Source: Vulcanimicrobiota bacterium
Lineage (GTDB): Bacteria > Vulcanimicrobiota > Vulcanimicrobiia > Vulcanimicrobiales > Vulcanimicrobiaceae
Length of the DNA stretch: 64,000 bases
Assembly: GCA_963695225.1 (NCBI GenBank)
Contig: OY968762.1
Span: 480,001 to 544,000, forward strand
Direction of reading: 5' to 3'
Below the pieces are notes generated by a model. The model was given only the letters and a program-made list of their open reading frames with translations, did not search any database and was not told the DNA's origin. The translations under genes and the position numbers were made by a program. This document shows positions 45,292 through 55,277 of this stretch, piece after piece (the first letter of the stretch is position 1; each line of letters begins with the position of its first letter).

Positions 45292-46404
45292 TCACAGTGC
45301 GTGCCGTTGCCGCTGCTGCTCTTCGATCGCGACGAAGAGCGCCTTGAAATTCCCCTTTCCGAAGGAGAGGCTTCCCTTGCGCTGGATGATCTCGAAGAAG
45401 AGCGTCGGGCGGTCGCCGAGCGGCTTCGTGAAGATCTGGAGCATGTAGCCGAGATCGTCGCGGTCGACCAGCACGTTCAGTTCGCGCAGGACGTCCGTAG
45501 CCTCCGCGATCTTCCCGACGCGCGCTTCGAGCGCATCGTAATACGAGGGCGGCGTTTCGAGGAAGTCGACGCCGTTCGCGCGGAGCGCTCGAACTGCCGT
45601 GACGATGTCGCCCGTTTCGAGCGCGACGTGTTGTACGCCGGGGCCGCCGTACGAGTCGAGATACTCCTCGATCTGCGAGCGCTTCTTGCCTCGCGCGGGC
45701 TCGTTGATGGGGAACTTGATCCTGCGCTGCGCGTCCGACATCACCTTCGAGCGAAGGGCCGTGTACTCGGTCGAGATGTCGCGATCGTCGAACGAGGCGA
45801 GCTGGGAGAAGCCGAACGCGCGCTCGTAATATGCCGCCCACGGCTCCATCTCGTCCCAGCCGACGTTGCCGACGCAGTGATCGACGTCGCGCAAGCCGGG
45901 CGCGTGCGCTGCGCGAACCGTGCCGCCGCAGGCCCGGAATCCGGGGAGGAAGACGCCGCGGTACGTCTCGCGTTCGACGAACGTGTGGACCGTGTCTCCG
46001 TACGTCGCGACCGAGGCCGTGCGGCACACGCCGTGCGCGTCGCGCGATTCCTCCGGCGCGGCGACGGGCGACGCGCCGCCGGCGACGGCTGCCTCGAAGG
46101 CCGCCCGCGCGTCCCGGACGCGCAGCGCGACGTCGCGAATGCCGTCACCGTGCCGGCGCACGTGCTCGGCGATCGGGCCCTCGGAACGAAGGCTCGACGT
46201 CAGCACGAAACGCAGCCGCTGTTGCGCGAGGACGTACGACACGCGATCGGCTACGCCGGTCTCGGGCCCCGCGTACGCGATCGGCTCGAAGCCGAAGGTG
46301 CTCGAGTAATAGTGCGCCGCTTGTTTCGCGTTGCCGACGTAGAACTCGATGTGGTGCCAGTCCATCTGCGCGAGCACGTTGCCCGCCGGCGCGGTCGTCG
46401 TCAT
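45292..46404 (-). CDS. hppD: 4-hydroxyphenylpyruvate dioxygenase
   Basis: DHCVGN, KFPINEP, GVQHVAL, LQIFTKP, FFEIIQR, FGKGNFKALF. Confidence 0.96.
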   Translation of the reverse strand: MTTTAPAGNVLAQMDWHHIEFYVGNAKQAAHYYSSTFGFEPIAYAGPETGVADRVSYVLAQQRLRFVLTSSLRSEGPIAEHVRRHGDGIRDVALRVRDARAAFEAAVAGGASPVAAPEESRDAHGVCRTASVATYGDTVHTFVERETYRGVFLPGFRACGGTVRAAHAPGLRDVDHCVGNVGWDEMEPWAAYYERAFGFSQLASFDDRDISTEYTALRSKVMSDAQRRIKFPINEPARGKKRSQIEEYLDSYGGPGVQHVALETGDIVTAVRALRANGVDFLETPPSYYDALEARVGKIAEATDVLRELNVLVDRDDLGYMLQIFTKPLGDRPTLFFEIIQRKGSLSFGKGNFKALFVAIEEQQRQRHAL

Positions 46405-46499
46405 GCGTCGCCAGCCTTTCGCCCCCGTGCGCGCAGCCTCGACCGGCGCGGGGACACATCGTTCGCGGCGCGCGCGGAAGAATCCGCGCCTGCGCGGCT

Positions 46500-47201
46500 C
46501 TAGTCGCGGAGCGAACCGGCCTCCTCAGCCTCCTCGAGGGAGCTTTCGTGCCCTGTCTCCATAGCAGCGCCGGTGGTTTCCCGCAGGTCGATCAGGGCGG
46601 GGATTGCGGGCAAATCGAGATTCGCGCGGATCATGTTGATCAGGATGCAACCCTGCTCGATTGCGTCATCGAGCGCGACGTGCGTGTGCGGCAGGTTCGC
46701 GTCGATCCAATCCGGCGGGTATTGGCGCTTGCCGACCTGGCGGTATTGGCGCTTCATGACCGCCGCGGCGTAGCTGCGCAGATCGAGGCTCGCGAACCCG
46801 ACGGGGCTCTCTCCCAGCTCTCGCTGGAAATAGTAGTAGATGAACGTGAAATCGAAACCGCTCGGCGCCCCGCAGACGATCGGCCGGCCGTAGCGCCGCA
46901 GATCCGCGAGCCAGGTGCGGCAATCGGCCATCGCGAGGTACGGCGAAACGGGGTTCTCGCGACACTTGCGATACGCCGCCGCGTTCTCGGGGCGGGCCCA
47001 CCAGGCCATGGTGCGATCGTCGACTTGCGCTCCGGAGAGCGGCTCGAGGTTGCGTTCGAACGTCGCGACGAGTTGTTTTTCGAGCGTGAAGGCGGCCATG
47101 CCGAAGCTCAACATCGAGAAGAGTCCGGGACATGGGCCGTCCGCTTCAATGTCGAGCGAAACGTAGAGTTCGGGTAGAGTCGGCGATTCTTTGCGGATAA
47201 T
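46500..47201 (-). CDS. DEDDh 3'-5' exonuclease (Rv2179c/RNase AS-like); start uncertain
   Basis: SLDIEADGP, GFDF, HVALDDAIEQ; ATT at 47201 proposed as start. Confidence 0.8.
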   Translation of the reverse strand: MIRKESPTLPELYVSLDIEADGPCPGLFSMLSFGMAAFTLEKQLVATFERNLEPLSGAQVDDRTMAWWARPENAAAYRKCRENPVSPYLAMADCRTWLADLRRYGRPIVCGAPSGFDFTFIYYYFQRELGESPVGFASLDLRSYAAAVMKRQYRQVGKRQYPPDWIDANLPHTHVALDDAIEQGCILINMIRANLDLPAIPALIDLRETTGAAMETGHESSLEEAEEAGSLRD

Positions 47202-47295
47202 GCCCGGTTGTTTGCAGGCGCGCGCCCGGGTTTCCCGCCGCGAGTTCGAACGGCGTAAGGGAAATCGCCGCGCCCTGCGCCGAATTCGACAGGTG

Positions 47296-48564
47296 ATGCG
47301 ATCTTGGATCGAGGTTCCCCCGGGAAGCGATTTTCCGCTCGAGAACCTTCCGTACGGGGCCTTCCGGCGGCCCGGCGAGACGGCGCCGCGGATCGGCGTC
47401 GCGATCGGCACGCGCATCCTCGATCTGCGCTTCGTCGCCCAAAGCGGGTTGCTGCGCGAGACCTTGCCGAATGCCGTCGAGATCTTCTCGCAGCCGACGC
47501 TCAACGCGTTCATCGCGCTCGGGGAGGCCGCTTGGCAAGCGACGCGGGCGCGTTTGACGGCGCTGCTCTCCGCGGGCAACGGCGAACTGCTCGACGCGGG
47601 GATTGCCGGGGCGGCGCTCGCCTCGCAGGAGACGGCAACGCTCTCGCTCCCGGTCGACGTGACCGATTACGTCGACTTCTACTCGTCGCTCGACCATGCG
47701 GTCAACCTCGGCACGATCTTGCGCCCGGGGACGGAGCCGCTGACCCCGAATTGGCGCTGGCTTCCGTTGGGGTATCACGGGCGCGCCGGGAGCGTCGTCT
47801 CCGGCGGGACGCCGATCGCGCGGCCACGCGGGCAGATGACGAGCCGCGAAGAGTCCCGGCCGCGCTTCGGTCCGTCGCGCATGCTGGATTTTGAAGTGGA
47901 GCTAGGCTTCATCACGGGGAACGGCCCGGCGCTCGGAACGGCGATTCCGGTCGCCGAGGCGGAACGCGCGATCTTCGGCGTCGTCCTGCTCAACGATTGG
48001 AGCGCGCGCGACCTTCAAGCGTGGGAAGCGCAGCCGCTCGGGCCGTTCCTTTCGAAATCGTTCGCGACCTCGATCTCGCCGTGGATCGTCCCGTTCGCCG
48101 CGCTCGCGCCGTTCCGCGTCGCGGGACCGGTCCAGGAACCCGAACCGCTTCCGTATCTCACGACGCGCGGCGAGCGCGCCTTCGACATCGCCCTTACTGC
48201 GACGCTGTCTTCGGGCGAGATGAACGTGCGCGGCTTCGCTCCCTTGGAGATCGCGCGCACGAACGCACGCACGTTGTACTGGAGCTTCGCGCAGCAGCTC
48301 GCGCATTTGACGAGTAACGGCGGGCGCGTGCGCGCCGGCGGCCTGTGCGGAACGGGGACGATCTCGGGGGCGGACCCCGGGAGTTTCGGCAGCATGCTCG
48401 AGCTGACGTGGCGCGGCGCCCGGTCGCTCGAGTTACCCGACGGGTCGCAACGCGCGTTCCTCGAGGACGGCGACACGGTCGTCATCCGGGGCCGGTGCGA
48501 GCGGGAGGGCGGGCCGTCGCTCGGCTTCGGGGAGTTGAGCGGGACGATTCTGCCGAGCCGCTGA
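47296..48564 (+). CDS. fahA: Fumarylacetoacetase
   Basis: SDFPLENLPYG, DFYSS, YHGRAGS, LDFEVE, NDWSARD.Q.WE..PLGPF, FLEDGD. Confidence 0.93.
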   Translation: MRSWIEVPPGSDFPLENLPYGAFRRPGETAPRIGVAIGTRILDLRFVAQSGLLRETLPNAVEIFSQPTLNAFIALGEAAWQATRARLTALLSAGNGELLDAGIAGAALASQETATLSLPVDVTDYVDFYSSLDHAVNLGTILRPGTEPLTPNWRWLPLGYHGRAGSVVSGGTPIARPRGQMTSREESRPRFGPSRMLDFEVELGFITGNGPALGTAIPVAEAERAIFGVVLLNDWSARDLQAWEAQPLGPFLSKSFATSISPWIVPFAALAPFRVAGPVQEPEPLPYLTTRGERAFDIALTATLSSGEMNVRGFAPLEIARTNARTLYWSFAQQLAHLTSNGGRVRAGGLCGTGTISGADPGSFGSMLELTWRGARSLELPDGSQRAFLEDGDTVVIRGRCEREGGPSLGFGELSGTILPSR

Positions 48565-48569
48565 GCGCT

Positions 48570-48788
48570 TCAGCGCTCGCGGTCCGCGGCCTTGCACTCG
48601 TCGCGAAACGCGATCTTGCCGTGCGTCCCGTCGCAAAACGGCTTCGTCGAGGATGCGCCGCACCGGCAAAGCGCGACGTTGCCGCGCGGATCGGCGGAAA
48701 ACGCATGCCCCTCCGCGTCGACGAGCGTGACGGGGCCGGTGACGAGATAGGGGCCGTTGACGCGGACTTTGATCCTGACCTCGGACAT
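48570..48788 (-). CDS. CDGSH iron-sulfur domain protein
   Basis: NGPYLV, LCRCGASSTKPFCDGTH; GGAG RBS. Confidence 0.92.
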   Translation of the reverse strand: MSEVRIKVRVNGPYLVTGPVTLVDAEGHAFSADPRGNVALCRCGASSTKPFCDGTHGKIAFRDECKAADRER

Positions 48789-48808
48789 CGCTGCTCCCTC
48801 CGGAACGC

Positions 48809-49543
48809 TCACTCGCTGACCGTGCCGCCGAGATAGATCGCCTGAACGCGCTCGTCTTGCGCCAGCCGCCGCGCTGGGCCTTCCAGCGCGATCGTCCCGC
48901 TTTCGAGAACGTACGCCCGGTCGGCGTGCTCGAGCGTCAGATAAGCGTTCTGCTCGACGAGCAAGATCGCGGTCCCCGCGCGGCGCAGGTCCGCGAGGAT
49001 CGCGAAGATCTTCGCGACGATCTGCGGCGCAAGACCCGTGGAGGGCTCGTCGAGCACGAGCAGCTTCGGGCGCGCCATGAGCGCCCGCGCGATCGCCAGC
49101 ATCTGCTGCTCGCCGCCGGAGAGCGAGAAGGCCGTCGCATGGCGGCGGTCGCGGAGCGCCGGGAAGCGCTCGTACATCGCGTCGCAATCGGCGTCGACCG
49201 CCTGGCGCGGACGGCCGTACGCCCCCAGGCGGATGTTGTCTTCGACGCTGAGCTCGCTGAAGAGCTGGCGGCCTTCGGGGACCTGCGAGAGCCCCGCCGC
49301 GACGATGCGCTCGGGCGCGACCGTGCTCAAGTCGCGCCCTTCGAACGCGACCGAGCCGCCGGTCACCTGCGCCTCGAAGCGGGAGATCGCGCGCAAGAGC
49401 GTCGACTTTCCGGCGCCGTTCGGTCCGAGGACCGCGACCAGCTCGCCGGGGAAGACGTCGAGCGAAATGCCGCGCAGGACCTCGAGCCCGCCGTATCCGG
49501 CGCGCAGGGAGCGAACGGCGAGCAACGGCGCCGGTTCGCTCAC
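48809..49543 (-). CDS. livF: Branched-chain amino acid ABC transporter ATPase (LivF-like)
   Basis: GPNGAGKST, VPEGR, LSGGEQQMLA, LDEPS.GLAP, VEQN. Confidence 0.9.
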   Translation of the reverse strand: MSEPAPLLAVRSLRAGYGGLEVLRGISLDVFPGELVAVLGPNGAGKSTLLRAISRFEAQVTGGSVAFEGRDLSTVAPERIVAAGLSQVPEGRQLFSELSVEDNIRLGAYGRPRQAVDADCDAMYERFPALRDRRHATAFSLSGGEQQMLAIARALMARPKLLVLDEPSTGLAPQIVAKIFAILADLRRAGTAILLVEQNAYLTLEHADRAYVLESGTIALEGPARRLAQDERVQAIYLGGTVSE

Positions 49544-51321
49544 GAGGCGTTCGTCCCCAAATACGCGGAGACGACCTCGGCATCGCCGCGCACGGCGGCG
49601 GCGCTCCCGTCGGCGATCAACTTGCCGAACTTGAGGACCATCACGCGGTCGCTGATCTCCATCACGAGGCGCATGTCGTGCTCGATCAGCAAGAGCGTCA
49701 CTCCCTGCGAGCGCAGCGCGAGCAGATCCGCCTTGAGGCGCTCCCGTTCGCTCGCGTTGAGCCCGGCCGCCGGCTCGTCGAGGAGCAGCAAGCCGGGCTC
49801 GGCCGCGAGCGCGCGCGCGAGTTCGACGCGCCGCCGGTCTCCGAACGCGAGATCCTGCGCGCGGACGCCGGCGAGCCGCTCGAGACCGAGGACGCCGAGC
49901 GCGCGCCGCGCGCGCTCGAACGCGGAGCGAGAACTCGCCGAGGCGGCGGGCAGGCCGAGCGCCTCGGCGGCAAACGAACTCGTCTCGCGCCGGAACGCGC
50001 CGACGACGACGTTCTCCAGAACCGTCATCTCTCCGAACAGCCGCGCGTTTTGAAACGTGCGCCCGACGCCGAGCGCGGCGACGGCGTGCGGCCGGCGGTT
50101 CGTCATCGTGCGCCCGGCGATCGTGATGCGCCCTTCGTTCACGGTGCCGACGCCGCAGATCGCGTTGAACAGCGTGGTCTTCCCCGCGCCGTTCGGACCG
50201 ATCAGCGACGTCAAGGTTCCGTTCTCGAGCGCGAACGAAACGCCGTCGACGGCGACGAGGCCGCCGAAGCGCTTCGTGACGCGCTCGACGGAGAGCCACG
50301 GGACGAGCGCCGGCGCGCGCACCGTTGCGGAGCCTGCCGCTTGGGCGGGGACGGGATCTCCGGCCGGTTCGGCCCGCTTCGCTCGTGCAGCCTTGCGCGG
50401 GTTCGAAAACAGACCCACGAGCCCGCGCGGGAAGAAGATCACGACGACGATCACGACGATGCCGTAGATGACGGGGCGCCAGTTCTCCCAATCGTGCCCG
50501 TAGATGTTCGTGATCCCGATCAGCAGCGCGCCGACGATCGCGCCGCTCACGCCGCCGGTGCCCCCGAGCACGGCCATCAGGAGCAGGTCGATCGAAAGGT
50601 TGACGCCGACGGCATCGGGGACGACGAGCCCCAGATACCCGACGTAGATCGTCCCGGCAAAACCCGCGAGCGCCCCGGCATACGCGAACGCGAGGATCTT
50701 GTACGCGCGGGTCGGGACGCCGAGGACTTCAGCCGCGAGTTCGTCGTTGCGAATCGCTTCGAAAGCGCGCCCGGTACGGTGTCGCAGCAGGTTCGCCGTC
50801 GAGAACGCGCAGAGCCCGAGCCCGGTCCAGGCGAACCAGAACGCGGCGTTTCCGCTGATCGTGAGGGGACCGAACTGCGGGAACGGGACGTTCGTGAGCC
50901 CGCTCGCCCCTCCGAAGAGCGGCGATTCGTGGAAGACGCCGGCGACGATCAGGCCGAACGTCAACGTCGCCATCGCCAGATAGTGGCCGCGAAAACGGAG
51001 GGCGATCGAGCCGAGAAGCAGGCCGAAGGCGGCCGCGAGCGCGACGGCCGCCGCGGCCGCCGCCGCCCACGGCCAGTTCTGCGCCGTCGTGAGATAGGCG
51101 AGCGCGTACGCGCCGATCGCGAAGAAGCCGGCCTGGCCGACGGATATCTGCGCGACGTTCCCGAGCAGGACGGAGAGTCCGATCGCGGCGATGCCGTAGA
51201 TCGCGGCGTACGTCCCCGCTTGGATCAAGGTCGCGTCGCGCGCTGCGAGGAGGCCGAACGCGACGACGGCCGCCGCGAGAAAGGGGTAGAGGCGCGCGTC
51301 GGCGCGTACGCGTGCGATCAA
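49540..51321 (-). CDS. Fused LivM permease-LivG ATPase
   Basis: GHYLAMATL, AIRNDE, then FGGLVAV, GPNGAGKTT, RTFQN, LDEPAAG, IEHDM. Confidence 0.9.
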   Translation of the reverse strand: MIARVRADARLYPFLAAAVVAFGLLAARDATLIQAGTYAAIYGIAAIGLSVLLGNVAQISVGQAGFFAIGAYALAYLTTAQNWPWAAAAAAAVALAAAFGLLLGSIALRFRGHYLAMATLTFGLIVAGVFHESPLFGGASGLTNVPFPQFGPLTISGNAAFWFAWTGLGLCAFSTANLLRHRTGRAFEAIRNDELAAEVLGVPTRAYKILAFAYAGALAGFAGTIYVGYLGLVVPDAVGVNLSIDLLLMAVLGGTGGVSGAIVGALLIGITNIYGHDWENWRPVIYGIVVIVVVIFFPRGLVGLFSNPRKAARAKRAEPAGDPVPAQAAGSATVRAPALVPWLSVERVTKRFGGLVAVDGVSFALENGTLTSLIGPNGAGKTTLFNAICGVGTVNEGRITIAGRTMTNRRPHAVAALGVGRTFQNARLFGEMTVLENVVVGAFRRETSSFAAEALGLPAASASSRSAFERARRALGVLGLERLAGVRAQDLAFGDRRRVELARALAAEPGLLLLDEPAAGLNASERERLKADLLALRSQGVTLLLIEHDMRLVMEISDRVMVLKFGKLIADGSAAAVRGDAEVVSAYLGTNAS

Positions 51322-52190
51322 TCCCGCACCGCGGCGCGCGAGCCCAGCAACCCCGCGGGTCGCAGCAGCAACATCGCGAGCAGCAGCGAGTAGACGGCCG
51401 GGTCCGCCACGCCGTAGGAGAATTGGCCTTCGAGCAGTTTCTCGACGACGCCGACGGCGAGCCCGCCGAGCGCGCAACCGAGCGGGGAATCGAGCCCGCC
51501 GACGATCGCGCCGACGAAACCCTTGATCGAGATCGCGACGCCGCCCGCTCCGCCGACAAGCGTGATCGGCCCGATGATCGTGCCGCCGAACGCAGCGAGC
51601 GCGATCGCGATCCCGACGCTGATCGTGCGGGTCTTCGCAACGTCGATGCCGACGAGCTGCGCGCCGAGCGGATTGTTTGCGGCGGCGCGGATCGCCTTGC
51701 CGAACGTCGTCCGTTCGAAAAACGCGAACAGCGCGCCGAGCGCGAGGAACAAGAGCGCGAGGACCCAGAGGCTCTGCACCGGGATCGCGATCCCGGCGAG
51801 CGTGAGGGCTTCACCGGGCACCCCGGAGAATGGCGGGAGCGGCTGCGTGAGGCTGCCCCAGATCAGCGCGTGCCCGTAGAGCAGCACGTAAACCGTGCCG
51901 ATCGTGGCGATCGTGACCGCGACTTCATTGACGCGTGCCGCCGGCTTCAGGACGAAACGCTCGTAGAGGATGCCCAGCAGGAAGCCGAGCGCGGTCGCGC
52001 CGAGCAGCGCGAGCCACACGTCGAGGTGCAGTACCGTCACGATCGAGTACGCCAGCAGCCCCCCGAGCACGACGAATTCACCCTGCGCGAAATTGACGAC
52101 GCGAGTCGCACGCAAGATGATGTGGATCCCGAGCGCGACGAGCGCGTAGCCGCTCCCGACGGTCAATCCTGCGACGACGAGTTGCAGCAT
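51318..52190 (-). CDS. livH: Branched-chain amino acid ABC permease (LivH-like)
   Basis: YALVALG, VNFAQGE, GKAIRA, GGL.S..G, RPAGLLG. Confidence 0.9.
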   Translation of the reverse strand: MLQLVVAGLTVGSGYALVALGIHIILRATRVVNFAQGEFVVLGGLLAYSIVTVLHLDVWLALLGATALGFLLGILYERFVLKPAARVNEVAVTIATIGTVYVLLYGHALIWGSLTQPLPPFSGVPGEALTLAGIAIPVQSLWVLALLFLALGALFAFFERTTFGKAIRAAANNPLGAQLVGIDVAKTRTISVGIAIALAAFGGTIIGPITLVGGAGGVAISIKGFVGAIVGGLDSPLGCALGGLAVGVVEKLLEGQFSYGVADPAVYSLLLAMLLLRPAGLLGSRAAVRD

Positions 52191-52303
52191 CGCCGTAACG
52201 TACGGCGGAAGAAATGTCGTTCTCCTGGCAGGCGCGCGGGTTCCGGCGTCCGCGCGTCGTTCTTCCCGGGGAGGCCGCGGAACTGCGGCGAAGCACTCGC
52301 GCG

Positions 52304-53284
52304 ATGAGAGCACCTCGCGTCCGGCCCTATGCCTGGTTGCCGGCTTTCGCGCTCCTCGCCGCGTGTCAGGGTAACGTCGGGTCGTCGTACCCGTCGGCTT
52401 CGCTGCCGCAGCTCTCGCCGAATCCGGGCCAATACGGCGCGGCGGCGACGCGGCAGAGCCGGAGCGTCAGTGCGAACGCTCAGGTGAAGGCGGACGACCC
52501 GTCGATCGAGTTTCCGGCCGTCGACGGTTTCGGCCTCAGCTTGATCTTGCGCGACGGCGCGGGCGCAACGGCTTCGCCCGCGCCCTCCGCGAGCGGGGCG
52601 ACCCCGCGGGGGAGCGGCCCGCCCGCTTCTGCGCCGCCCGCCGCCAGCGCGACGCCGAGCCCTGCGCCGAGCCCTGCGCCGAGCCCTGCGCCGAGCGCCT
52701 CGTCCTCCGGCGCCCCCGCGAAAGGCGCGACGCCGTCACCGTCACCGTCGCCGACTTCGTCGACGCCGGGGGTGAAGGTCGAGGCGAAGCTGACGACCTA
52801 TCCCGACGGCGCGCCCGAGCTTCCGGCGGCGGCGGGAAGCGCGCCCCGGCGAGCGCTCGCGAAGGGCTACCTGGTCGCCCAGCGCGACCTCACCCTGCGC
52901 GGGCCCTCGGCCTTCGAATTCATCCTGCCGCCGAGCGAGCGTACGGGCGACCGCGGGTTCACGATCGCCGTCTACGAATCGCTCAAGCACAATCACCTCA
53001 AGCTGATCGCCCAAGATCCCGGCGGCGTCCTCGCCGGCGAACGCGTTCGCGGGAGCACCGATCCGAGCGCGGCCCCGCTCCTCTTGCACCGGGGTCGCGG
53101 CTACTTTGCGATCCTCTACGCCTCAGACCTCGCGCCGACGCCCGCGCCGCCCGGCAGTTTTCCGAGCGGCGGCCCCGGCGGACGGTTCTCGCCGGCGCCC
53201 GGCGCCTCGCCTTCAGCCGGCGGCTTGCCGCAGCCGGGAGCGAGCCCATCGCCGGTCGGAGCAACGTCGCGACCGACCGGATGA
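52304..53284 (+). CDS. Hypothetical lipoprotein with Pro/Ser/Ala-rich linkers
   Basis: Lipobox LLAAC; 12-bp GCCGAGCCCTGC repeat three times at 52654-52689. Confidence 0.7.
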   Translation: MRAPRVRPYAWLPAFALLAACQGNVGSSYPSASLPQLSPNPGQYGAAATRQSRSVSANAQVKADDPSIEFPAVDGFGLSLILRDGAGATASPAPSASGATPRGSGPPASAPPAASATPSPAPSPAPSPAPSASSSGAPAKGATPSPSPSPTSSTPGVKVEAKLTTYPDGAPELPAAAGSAPRRALAKGYLVAQRDLTLRGPSAFEFILPPSERTGDRGFTIAVYESLKHNHLKLIAQDPGGVLAGERVRGSTDPSAAPLLLHRGRGYFAILYASDLAPTPAPPGSFPSGGPGGRFSPAPGASPSAGGLPQPGASPSPVGATSRPTG

Positions 53285-53356
53285 TCGCCCTCCCGAGCGA
53301 GGGTGGAAAACGTCGATGCCCGAGGCTTTGGTAGTGTGTTATGATAGCGGTCGCCT

Positions 53357-53466
53357 TGTCGGGGGTTGGGCCCCGCGCAACGTGACCCTGTGAACCCCGC
53401 CAGGCCCGGAAGGGAGCAACGGTAAGCGGGCCCTTGCGTGTGCCGCGGATAACTCAGCTCTCGGCA
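53357..53466 (+). ncRNA. ffs: Signal recognition particle RNA (small bacterial type)
   Basis: CAGGCCCGGAAGGGAGCAAC domain IV motif, paired ends, extended -10 TGtTATGAT at 53337-53345. Confidence 0.95.
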
Positions 53467-53532
53467 TGGCTTGCTTGCCGGTGCGGTCCTCACGCGGCTG
53501 CACTTGCGTATTCCCGGAAACGAACGCTGACG

Positions 53533-54000
53533 ATGACGACGAGCGTACTCTGGGCCTCCGTGGGCGCAGCGATCCTCTTAGCGATCGCCCTTTATCATGT
53601 GGCGTTCGTGGCGCCGCGCCTCGGCGCGCTGCGCCGCATCCTCGACGGGGAGAACGACCCGCAAGACCAGGCTGCATCGATCGCGCGCGACCGCGCCCGG
53701 TTCGATGCCGCGCTGAAGAATCACGACGTTCGACTGGCGGAACTCGAACGGTCCGTGCGGCGTGAAGTCTTCCGCTTGGGCTTCATTCGCTACAATTCGT
53801 TCTCAGACGTCGGATCGGATCTCTCGTTCGCGCTCGCGTTCGTGAACGCCGAAGGCGACGGCGTCGTCGTTACGAGCATCTATTCGCGCGAGGAAACGCG
53901 CACGTACGGGAAGGCCGTCAAGAAGTTCATCACGCAGCAGGACGGCTCGAAGGAAGAGTTGGGAGCGATCGCTCTCGCTCGCACCGGCCTTGGGAACTGA
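53533..54000 (+). CDS. DUF4446 family membrane-anchored protein
   Basis: N-terminal TM, RYNSFSDVGSDLSFALA, GVVVTSIYSREETRTYGK. Confidence 0.85.
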   Translation: MTTSVLWASVGAAILLAIALYHVAFVAPRLGALRRILDGENDPQDQAASIARDRARFDAALKNHDVRLAELERSVRREVFRLGFIRYNSFSDVGSDLSFALAFVNAEGDGVVVTSIYSREETRTYGKAVKKFITQQDGSKEELGAIALARTGLGN

Positions 54001-54934
54001 TCCCTCTTTTAGGGACGGCTACCTCGTCAAGATCATCCCGCCCGCGGGGTACTCGGTGTGGCGTTTCGAGTTCACGCGTCTGCGCCTGCTGCTGATCGCG
54101 TTCCTCATCGTGGTCGCGGTGGCGGGCGTGGGCGGGAGCTATCTGTTCGGCATTTGGCACGCCGAAGCGCGCGTCCGCGAACTCCGCACGCAGGAAGTCT
54201 ATCAGCGCGAGCGCCTTACGAAGATCGCAGCGGAAGCGGAGCAGCTAGACGCGCAATTGCGCGACATCCAACATCAGAACAAGCAGATCCGAAGCATCAT
54301 CGGGGCGGACGCTGCGGGGGTAAAGAGCGCTCCGCCGGCGGCGGCGAGCGGCCTGCGGAGGACGCGCGCCGACGAATTCTCCTCCGTCGAAGATCATTTG
54401 CGCCGGTTGCGCGCCGATTCGGACCTCATGACGTCGGAGAGCGCCCGCTTGCGCGAAGTCACGCTGCGCATCTTGAACGTGCGCCGCTTGGAGGAGATCG
54501 CCCAGGCCCGCCTGATCGCGACGATCCCCTCGATCAGTCCGACGGGGCGCTTGGAGATTGCCTCGCCCTACGGTTTCCGGTACACGCCATGGCCCGAGTT
54601 CCACCGCGGCGTCGATCTGGTGGCGGATTACGGCGACCCCGTTCGGGCGACGGCCGCCGGCACGGTCGTTTCGGCCGGTTACGACGGCGGTTTCGGGTAC
54701 AAGGTCGACATCGATCACGGCAACGGGTATCACACGTGGTACGCGCATCTCTCGCGGATCGATGTGAGCGTGGGGCAGCGGGTCGTCAAAGGCGAGGAGA
54801 TCGCCGCCGTCGGCACCAGCGGTGCGTCGACGGGGCCCCACCTGCACTATCAGATCATGCACGACGGGGAATCCGTCGATCCGGCGCCGTTCCTCTCCGG
54901 CGTCCCCCCGAGCGTCCTCGCCAGTTTGAAGTGA
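53990..54934 (+). CDS. M23 family peptidase with TM anchor and coiled coil
   Basis: HRGVD, YAHLS, STGPHLHY. Confidence 0.92.
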   Translation: MGTDPSFRDGYLVKIIPPAGYSVWRFEFTRLRLLLIAFLIVVAVAGVGGSYLFGIWHAEARVRELRTQEVYQRERLTKIAAEAEQLDAQLRDIQHQNKQIRSIIGADAAGVKSAPPAAASGLRRTRADEFSSVEDHLRRLRADSDLMTSESARLREVTLRILNVRRLEEIAQARLIATIPSISPTGRLEIASPYGFRYTPWPEFHRGVDLVADYGDPVRATAAGTVVSAGYDGGFGYKVDIDHGNGYHTWYAHLSRIDVSVGQRVVKGEEIAAVGTSGASTGPHLHYQIMHDGESVDPAPFLSGVPPSVLASLK

Positions 54935-54994
54935 GGACCGCGCGCCGGCCGGCGCGCGCATGATCGCGCGGCCCGCCGCCGAAGAAGGCGCTCA

Positions 54995-55270
54995 ATGAGC
55001 TCCCTGTCATGTACGCTTGCGGTCGTCCTCGCGCAGGTGCTGCAAGTGTTTTGGCTCCTGATGATCGTGTACGCGGTCGTTTCGTGGGTGCCGTCGTTGC
55101 GAGGCCGCTGGGTCGACTACATCTCGATGATCGTCGAGCCGGTCCTCAATCCCGTACGCCGTCTGATACCGCCGGCCGGCGGGCTCGATTGGGCCTTCCT
55201 CGTCGTGATCTTCGCGGTCGGATACCTGGCCAAGGCTCTGCCGAACCTGGTCTGCCGGGTCACGTATTAA
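54995..55270 (+). CDS. YggT family membrane protein
   Basis: [21 protein letters not shown]. Confidence 0.88.
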   Translation: MSSLSCTLAVVLAQVLQVFWLLMIVYAVVSWVPSLRGRWVDYISMIVEPVLNPVRRLIPPAGGLDWAFLVVIFAVGYLAKALPNLVCRVTY

Positions 55271-55277
55271 CGACGGC

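Noticed and set aside
45292..48564. Missing hmgA between hppD and fahA as evidence of a new tyrosine pathway
   Set aside because: Absence from a 64-kb window says nothing about the genome
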